A DNA stretch of 64,000 nucleotides from Eledone cirrhosa (Eukaryota), in assembly GCA_964016885.1 (NCBI GenBank), contig OZ024741.1:366420001-366484000 (forward strand). The letters run 5' to 3'. The position numbers and the translations under genes were made by a program. Within the stretch, counting starts at the first letter, position 1. Every line of letters begins with the position of its first letter. Below are positions 56,963 through 64,000 of the stretch, piece by piece. Under the pieces are notes generated by a model that saw only the letters and a list, made by a program, of their open reading frames with translations, was not told the origin of the DNA and made no database searches.

Positions 56963-57775
56963 CTTGATCGGGGGAATGTGATAAGAGAACTTGATCAAGA
57001 GGAAACTTACAAATGTCTAGGTGTTTGTGAAGGAGACGGAATCAAGCACTCGACAATGAGAGAAAGGATAAGGAAGGAATGTTACCGCAGAGTAAGAGCA
57101 ATCTTAAGAACGGAATTGAATGCAAGGAATAGGATCGATGCCATAAACACGCTTGCCATACCAGTAGTAACCTACAGTTACAATGTCATCAACTGGTCAA
57201 GCACAGAGATTCGTAGTCTCGATACAAAAATTCGAAAATTCTTAACCATGCACAGAATGCATCACCCTAAGGCAGATACAAATAGAATATATCTCCCTAG
57301 GAAAGAAGGAGGACGTGGGTTAATCCAGTTAGACATTGCGTTGAAAACTGCAACAATTGGATTATCTACATATCTAAGGGAATCACATGATTGGATGATC
57401 AAACTCGTTTTGAAACACGAAAGCATCAAAAGATCATACTCCATTACAAAAGATGCACAAAGATACAGTAATGGACTACAAATTTCAGAGACCATTGGCT
57501 ATATAATTTCAATGTGCAGTCCTATAGCTCCAACCGAATACCTAAACAGGCATGACAGAGCTGCACAATACAGGTACTATCTCGAAAAGTTTCCAGGGAT
57601 GGTTAAAGAAAATTGGCCCCACCACGCTTTTTGAAACGCTTCAAAAGGCATGCTTGCTGGGAACAGCAAGAACCCTCCGATACGTCCTGAATATCTGAGG
57701 CTGCAGGTAGTGGCTTGATATTCATTTCAACAAACTTTCCAGTTAACTAACATCAATGACTGAGACTCAAAGGAC
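56963..57775 (+). pseudogene. R4/Dong-like LINE 3' fragment with internal deletions, ending in (TAA)n
   Basis: TYKCLG..AINTLAIPVVTYS..HHPKADTNRIYLPRKEGGRGL..ETIGYIISMC..EYLNRHD, then LQKACLLGTARTLRYVL* in another frame, a 3' UTR and (AAT)n from 57776. Confidence 0.8.
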
Positions 57776-57834
<59 letters not shown>

Positions 57835-58095
57835 TTTCTTTATTAACCACAAGGGTTTACATAAAGTAGACATTAAGGACAGTGCAGGACAATGCAGGAC
57901 GGTACAAATGGGCATTTCTGCGTGTAAAAAAAACAAAAACAGAGGATGTAACAAAAATAACAATGAAAATAACAATGAAAAATTCCCCAATAGGGGGGAG
58001 ACTTCGGAGGGACATTTGTGGAGAAAGCCCAGTAAAAAGCCACAATGACCCTGACCACCAAGGCAAGTGCCCTCTCCCAGTTTTCCACCTTTAGT

Positions 58096-61000
58096 TTACA
58101 GATATATACTCAGAGTCGGCCCATTCACTCGGGCCATTCTTGCTTCTCTCACCCATCTTTCAACAAAATGCTGGGAAGAGAGCACTTCCTTCTCTACTCT
58201 GATTTTCCTTTTCAAATGAAATTTGAAAAAGTCAATCAGAGCATCACCGAAGAGGTAAGTGCTCGTCTTCAGCCCTTTCAAACGTGTCCACCATACTATC
58301 TCTTTCGCCATGGCCACCAGACAGATAAAAACTGCCTGCCCTTCCCGGCTAAAGGAGGAGGGCGGGGCAATCCTCACGATAGACTCAGATGATAGCTGGA
58401 TCCGTCCTAAACGTGACAGCAGGTGTTCGACATAAACCCACAAGTCAGCAATTTTCGGACACTGGACGAGTGCGTGCAGGACGGTTTCGTCGCCCTGCGC
58501 GCATCTCGGACATGCCCGGCTGACGGCACCTCCATGCCTGTAGAGTTTATCCCGAACTGGCAAGGCTCCTCGGTAGCACTGCCAGGCCAGAGATTTCTGG
58601 AAGTTGTCCATAGGCCCTGGCCCGAAAGTTCTTCCGAAGAGATTGGCTAGTTGATTTTCGTCGACGCCTAGAGTTTCCCCAAGTACGTCGTCGCTCTTCC
58701 CCTCCACTAATCCTCTATAGAACGCCGAGGTGGAGTTTCCACCGATCACATTGCCCGATTGGTCGAGGGCTGTGAGCGCCTGAAGACATTCCAGTCTCCA
58801 GGCGCTCCCTCTCGGTCTTCGCTTGACCCAGGACTGCAGCTCCGTCAAGGAAACGAGCTGGGGAAAAACGCGTCTAGCAAACGGCGACCACACCTGATCA
58901 CCGTCGAGGAAGAGGTGGAGATGTCGTAGCCTGAGCGCGTGCCTGCGCATCATCAGCCACGGCATGCCCAGCCCTCCACGTAGCGGGTGTTGACAACAGA
59001 TGGACCGCCTGACCATCGGAGCACGTCCCTTCCACAAAAAGCGAAAGAGCAAACGCTCCAGCGCAGTCAGGCGAGGCTTAGGACAAGGTACGACGGTTAG
59101 GCGGTAGCAGATGACAGACGCGATGTACGCGTTAGCCACCTCCGCTCGACCTTTCAGGGATAGCTTCCTCTCCGCCCATTTCTGGGTGAGAGAAGCCACC
59201 CTGCTCGTCACCTCGTCCCAGTTTTTGTCCGTCTGGAGGTCCGGACCGAACCAGACCCCTAGCAATTTAACCGGTCCGTCCGTCCAGCGCCCGACGACGC
59301 TGTTGGACGGCATGGACCTGCCTCTCCAGGTGCCGAGCTGCAGGCCCACTGACTTTTCCTGGTTGATCATTGCTCCTGTCACCGCTTCGTATTCTTTTAG
59401 TGTAGTGCCGATCGCCTCGATGTGTTTGGCGTTCGACACCAATACGGTGACATCGTCCGCATATGCTGACACGGATCTTCCGCATCCTAGTTCGCGCGGG
59501 ACTCCCCTCAACGTCTCCAGTTTGTGCAGTAATGGCTCGAGAGTCAATACGTACAAGAGGGACGAGAGGGGACATCCTTGGCGGACCGAGCGCATGATGT
59601 TGAACGGTTCCGACAGGTGACCGTTCACTCTCACCACAGAGCAGATGTCGCTGTGCATGGCAGCGATCCAGCCTCTGAAGACGGGCCCAAAGCCAGCCGC
59701 CCTCAGGACTGCCGCTAGGTAACGATGGTCGACCCTATCGAAAGCTTTCGACTGATCTAAATTGATCAAGGACCCACCCGTGCCAGGTTCCCTAGCTACC
59801 CTCTCTACGATGTATCGCATGAGGTGGAGGTTGTCGTGGATGGATCTGTCGGGAATGGCGCATGTCTGCGCCTCTCCCACCAGACCACCAACGACAAGCG
59901 CCAACCTCTTTGCTAGCACCTTGGCCAAAATCTTAAACTCTGTGTTTAGCAGAGTTATGGGCCGGAAATTGTCTATGTTATCCCCCTTGTTCGGATCCTT
60001 TCTCAGCAGTGCCACGGCTCCTCGGCTCACAGAACTGGGAATTCTCCCGTTCTGTTGCCAGTTGCAGTAGACGTCCGCCAAGAGGCCTCCGAACAAGTCT
60101 GGCATCTGTACGTAAAGTTCATAGGGCAGACCATCCAAACCAGGCGATTTACCCCTTGTGCAGCCAGTCATTGCCTCCCTTACTTCAGCGGCTGTTATCG
60201 GCTTTTCGCAACACTTCGCCTCAGTGGCCGAGAGCCGCGGCAGTCCGTCGAGGTAGACACTAAAGTCCATCCCTCTACCCGGCCCACCGCTGCCCCCGAA
60301 CAGCTGAGCGAAGTGTCGCTGAAAAGCTTCACACATTTGCCCGGGATCGAGTAGCATGCGCCCGTCGTGGTCCACCAAAGACCGGATCGTGGCTTTGTTG
60401 CCACGACGCGCCTCCGCCACTCGGGCCCATTGAACGGCTTTCGTCCCCTCGTGTCTGAGAGCACGCACCCTTGCTCTGACAACGCAGCCTTCGTGCTTTG
60501 CATTGAAGAATTGGTCAAGGGCCAATTTCGCCGCAAGCACGTCGGTCGCAATGCCTTTGCTAAGCGCCTCGTCTAATTTTCTAACTAGTTCTCCCTCTGC
60601 TCTATTTTTCTCTATTGCTAAAGCCTTACTAAATCTAATCGATTCTATTCTAATCGCTCTTTTCAGAGCAAACCACCACTTGTTGTTGACGATGGCCCCC
60701 GTCAACGCCCGCTTAACTAGTTCGCTAATCCGGTCTCTGTAGGCCTTGCGCGCTGGTAAGGACGCGTTTAGCTTCCAGTAGCCGGGTCCTCGTCTATGAA
60801 GCCTATCTAAGTCAAGCACACAGATCACGAATTTGTGGTCCGTGTAGCTGACTATCTTGAATTGTGGACAGCCTATGCTAGACCTATCTATTTCCCTACA
60901 AAATACTCTATCTAGATATGATCTGGATGACCCTATGCGGTTTGTCCAAGTCCACATTGGCACATTCGGGAAATCCAATCGGTACCTGTCAGACAGTTCA

Positions 61001-61515
61001 AAACGCCTGAGCAGGTTGGTGAGGCTCTTGCACCCTCCACCCCTATCCGCTAATCCCACACAGTCCCAGCGTGCATCTAAGATCCCGTTCCAGTCGCCCA
61101 CTAACACTAAAGAGCGCGACGTTCCAAGAAAGGTCTCCAGACGCCGGAAGAAATCAGGCCGCCCTGCTCCTGTCGGGGCATAGACGGCCACTAGCCTGAA
61201 AGCTTGCCCGTCTCCGCTGGTCACGTCCAGCACCACCAGCTTACCCTCTGGGTCCAGGAAGATGGCCCGTATGGCGAGATCCAAACCTCTCCGAAAAAGT
61301 ACAGCAACTCCTCCACCGGATCCAGGACGGCTGGGAGATGCGTACACATCGTAGCCGCCGAAGATCGGTGCGAAGGCCCGTGCTTCGGAGATTCTGGTCT
61401 CGCTGATGGCCACTACATCTATGTTTAGTGACCTGAGGTCGTTGAGCAGGTGACCCTGCTTCCATGACGACCCCAAGCCACGCGCATTTATGCTGCCTAT
61501 TCTGAGTGAGGTCAT
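58096..61515 (-). CDS. Tx1 ORF2: APE endonuclease, reverse transcriptase, C-terminal zinc finger
   Basis: 1139 aa uninterrupted; INARG, SET, YAP, GDWN, LDR, TDH, QGCPLS, YADD, CPRC..H..QC. Confidence 0.97.
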   Translation of the reverse strand: MTSLRIGSINARGLGSSWKQGHLLNDLRSLNIDVVAISETRISEARAFAPIFGGYDVYASPSRPGSGGGVAVLFRRGLDLAIRAIFLDPEGKLVVLDVTSGDGQAFRLVAVYAPTGAGRPDFFRRLETFLGTSRSLVLVGDWNGILDARWDCVGLADRGGGCKSLTNLLRRFELSDRYRLDFPNVPMWTWTNRIGSSRSYLDRVFCREIDRSSIGCPQFKIVSYTDHKFVICVLDLDRLHRRGPGYWKLNASLPARKAYRDRISELVKRALTGAIVNNKWWFALKRAIRIESIRFSKALAIEKNRAEGELVRKLDEALSKGIATDVLAAKLALDQFFNAKHEGCVVRARVRALRHEGTKAVQWARVAEARRGNKATIRSLVDHDGRMLLDPGQMCEAFQRHFAQLFGGSGGPGRGMDFSVYLDGLPRLSATEAKCCEKPITAAEVREAMTGCTRGKSPGLDGLPYELYVQMPDLFGGLLADVYCNWQQNGRIPSSVSRGAVALLRKDPNKGDNIDNFRPITLLNTEFKILAKVLAKRLALVVGGLVGEAQTCAIPDRSIHDNLHLMRYIVERVAREPGTGGSLINLDQSKAFDRVDHRYLAAVLRAAGFGPVFRGWIAAMHSDICSVVRVNGHLSEPFNIMRSVRQGCPLSSLLYVLTLEPLLHKLETLRGVPRELGCGRSVSAYADDVTVLVSNAKHIEAIGTTLKEYEAVTGAMINQEKSVGLQLGTWRGRSMPSNSVVGRWTDGPVKLLGVWFGPDLQTDKNWDEVTSRVASLTQKWAERKLSLKGRAEVANAYIASVICYRLTVVPCPKPRLTALERLLFRFLWKGRAPMVRRSICCQHPLRGGLGMPWLMMRRHALRLRHLHLFLDGDQVWSPFARRVFPQLVSLTELQSWVKRRPRGSAWRLECLQALTALDQSGNVIGGNSTSAFYRGLVEGKSDDVLGETLGVDENQLANLFGRTFGPGPMDNFQKSLAWQCYRGALPVRDKLYRHGGAVSRACPRCAQGDETVLHALVQCPKIADLWVYVEHLLSRLGRIQLSSESIVRIAPPSSFSREGQAVFICLVAMAKEIVWWTRLKGLKTSTYLFGDALIDFFKFHLKRKIRVEKEVLSSQHFVERWVREARMARVNGPTLSIYL

Positions 61516-61550
61516 GTTTAAAATAGAGTGGGAAAGATGGGAAAGACCAC

Positions 61551-63647
61551 TTACCGTACTTTTGGTAGAGGAGGGATGGTTTTTACATCCCTTTTCACTT
61601 GATCGTCTGGTGAAGGGACCGTTGAATCGTCCCTTCGGCTGGTCGTCGGCTCTTCTAAGAGAATGTCTGAGTATACTCTTCGATTGATGGTTCCTCCTAG
61701 GTCCCTGAAATCACCAACTGCGTTGGGGAATTTCGTTTTAATATTTGTGTATTGTTTCTGTGCTATTTTTAGCAGTCTTATGTTAGTTGGCGTTTTGATT
61801 GGTGCTGGTATTATGTAGTCCTGTTGTGAAATGTCTGTGTGTTCAATTATGTAAGTCATTAGTTTCTTGTTGTGTGTATTTATTGCCGTGCATTTGTTTT
61901 TCTGGGGGTGGGGTGTGGTTCTGCTATTTTCTTGTCGTTGTTGCTGGGTGTGTGTGTTTTGTTGTTGTGTTTGCGATGTTGGTGCTTGTGGTGGTGGTGT
62001 TGAAGGTGTTGTTGGCGGTGGGGTTGTCGCCGGTGGTGATGGTGGTGCTGGTGTGAGTGGTGATGGTGTTGGTGGTGTTGCTGCTGTGGGTCTCTTTGCA
62101 GTAGACTTTACCCTTTTCTCATTTCTTTCCTCCCTTTTCAAAGGCGACGATGCGCTGCTTCTGCGTTTGTGCCTTCTTGCGACCTTTTGCCATCCCTCTC
62201 CCACCTCACACTCCATGTCTGATTCTGTAAGGTCGGGGAGGGGTACCAGCTCCACTCTTTCACTTGTTGTTGTTGGTGATGTTTGCACTGGAGTCTCTGT
62301 TGCAGCTGCATTTGGTATTGCTGTTGTTGTTGTTAATATTTCCACTGCTGCTGCTGTCTTTGATTTCCGTGGAGTGGGTATGGGTGCCACGGACCTATCG
62401 TTCCTGGTTGCCGCTTGTCCTGTTGCTGGTAGCCGTGGAGCCGGATTCGGAAGGAGGGGGGTTTTCTCCTTTCTCAGGGTCTTCTCGTTGCAGAAGGCCC
62501 TGAGGTGAGTCTTCGATCCACAGCGAAAGCATTTCGGGCGTTTGCTCTCAACACTTATGGGCAGTTGAGTGCCGTTATCGAAGTCTATCACATCCGGGAT
62601 AGCTTCGATGCACTCCTGGTTGGTTTGGATTAGCATCTCAATGGAGGAGCCGACCCAATCTTCTCTTACTTTTTTCTGTACTTGCAGTACAGTTGTTTTG
62701 TCCTCGATTCCGACGAGGACAGACGCGGCCAGCCAAGAAGGGGTCATTCCGGGGGGGACGTGGGTCAGTTTGACCCTCACAATTTTTTGCCCGCAGTAGG
62801 AGGGCACCAACACCATTTCCTCACTCCTTAGGGTCACTACTGATTGGGCCTTTGCCTCCTGGGGTGTGGCAAAAAGTACGTCTACGGTGGCGTATTTTTT
62901 GCCTCGGGTGATGTGCGTTTTCCTCTGCCACACAGACCCCAAGGCTTTTTGTATTTGGGCCTCTGTGGCTCTTTCCACCCTACGGGATTTTGTACTTACT
63001 GTACGGTACGTGACCGTACAGTGCTCTTGGGTTTCGAAAAAGTTTTTCGCTGCCTTGCAGATTGCTCGGTGTCCGTTCTTTGTCACCATCTTCTTCGCTT
63101 CCTCTAATTCCTCATTTGTTATGAGGATTGTTTCCAAGTTTTTCGCAATACCTGCAAATGAGATTGGTTTTTCTCTGCTGTTGTTGTTGTCGTCAGAGCT
63201 GCTGGTACTTTTGTTGTTGCTGCAGGTACTACGACTACTGCCTCCGCCGCTGTTGCTGTGGTTGTTGTTGGTGTTGCTGCTGCTAATGCTGTTGTTGTTT
63301 ATGCTGCTGGTGATGCTGTTGCGGCTGCTACTGTTGTTTTCATTGTCACTGTTGCTGTTGTTATTACGGCTGCTACTGCTATTATTCCTGACGTCAGACG
63401 AATGAACTGGGTTTTCGTATTTCCCGCACACCTGTTTCGTCGCTGTCGTCGTCGTCGTGGAGAAACCTTGCACGCTTTGCACGAGACTTTTCTTTTCTTT
63501 CGTCGCTTGCGAAAGAGAAGGGAGGGAGAGAGACACATTTAAAGAAGGGAGGGAGAGAGACAATCTTCTCTCTGCTGTAGTGATGATTGAGGAAGAAGAA
63601 GACGGAATGAGTGGGAGTGACGTATGAAATTTCTTTTTCGTAGCCAT
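61551..63647 (-). CDS. Tx1 ORF1 (gag-like)
   Basis: 698 aa uninterrupted; S/N-rich N-terminus, zinc knuckle CFRCGSKTHLRAFC, P/T-rich linker, conserved C-terminal block. Confidence 0.92.
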   Translation of the reverse strand: MATKKKFHTSLPLIPSSSSSIITTAERRLSLSLPSLNVSLSLPSLSQATKEKKSLVQSVQGFSTTTTTATKQVCGKYENPVHSSDVRNNSSSSRNNNSNSDNENNSSSRNSITSSINNNSISSSNTNNNHSNSGGGSSRSTCSNNKSTSSSDDNNNSREKPISFAGIAKNLETILITNEELEEAKKMVTKNGHRAICKAAKNFFETQEHCTVTYRTVSTKSRRVERATEAQIQKALGSVWQRKTHITRGKKYATVDVLFATPQEAKAQSVVTLRSEEMVLVPSYCGQKIVRVKLTHVPPGMTPSWLAASVLVGIEDKTTVLQVQKKVREDWVGSSIEMLIQTNQECIEAIPDVIDFDNGTQLPISVESKRPKCFRCGSKTHLRAFCNEKTLRKEKTPLLPNPAPRLPATGQAATRNDRSVAPIPTPRKSKTAAAVEILTTTTAIPNAAATETPVQTSPTTTSERVELVPLPDLTESDMECEVGEGWQKVARRHKRRSSASSPLKREERNEKRVKSTAKRPTAATPPTPSPLTPAPPSPPATTPPPTTPSTPPPQAPTSQTQQQNTHTQQQRQENSRTTPHPQKNKCTAINTHNKKLMTYIIEHTDISQQDYIIPAPIKTPTNIRLLKIAQKQYTNIKTKFPNAVGDFRDLGGTINRRVYSDILLEEPTTSRRDDSTVPSPDDQVKRDVKTIPPLPKVR

Positions 63648-64000
63648 GTTGTTTTTTGTTTAAAATGAAATTTTGGGTACAAAACCCCAATAACTGGTTA
63701 TTTAACCCCGAAGGGCCAAATAACGGACAGAAAGACCCCTCTCACGAGGAGGAGGGTGTCTTTATCAACAATTTGGTTCAAGTTTTAAACAATTTACAAT
63801 TGTTTTAACGGTTAAAAATTACTATACCTTACAGAGCCGAGCCTCCGTCAACCATGGCATTCAATAATAATAATAATAATAATAATAATTTTAACAAACT
63901 ATAAAGTAGGTGAACATGTTAAACAAACTAAACTTAGAAAATTGAAAAAAAAGTACAGTATAAAATCAACATGTGACAGACATGCTGATAGAAATAATCA

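Larger units (their letters stand above)
57833..63862 (-). mobile_element. full-length, apparently intact L1/Tx1-clade LINE, family B, inserted in (ATT)n
   Basis: 215-nt 5' UTR, two open ORFs, 3' UTR ending CCCTTGTGGTTAATAAAGAAATC. (AAT)n at 57776-57832 and 63863-63889. Confidence 0.96.

Noticed and set aside
61546-61556. Splice donor CG|GTAAGT overlapping the ORF1 stop
   Set aside because: No AG acceptor before the ORF2 ATG in this family and not conserved in family A.
58045-63542. Antisense ORFs recurring in several Tx1 copies (e.g. MIRAPPKP.../MIKDPPVP...)
   Set aside because: Shadow ORFs expected opposite conserved GC-rich coding sequence; several lack a real ATG.

Overview
Gene-poor, AT-rich, microsatellite-dense animal DNA. 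The SINE families look cephalopod, probably Octopus, but that is recognition only. No host gene exon could be supported; the window is essentially mobile DNA. It holds four L1/Tx1-clade LINEs from two families: one flanked by (TATC)n and one by (ATT)n, including an apparently intact 6.0-kb copy at 57833-63862(-). It also holds fragments of R4/Dong-like, CRE-like and RTE LINEs, a decayed Hsmar1-like mariner, a non-autonomous Helitron, a tiny MITE, many tRNA-derived SINEs and a 1.9-kb 30-bp minisatellite. The least obvious layer is a set of non-coding elements sitting in (TA)n tracts. They form asymmetric fold-backs and/or partial tandems, and several carry minimal type I hammerhead ribozyme motifs from at least five unrelated sequence families. 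This fits Penelope-like pLTR/retrozyme elements that target (TA)n. Coordinates were read by eye and may be off by a few bases.
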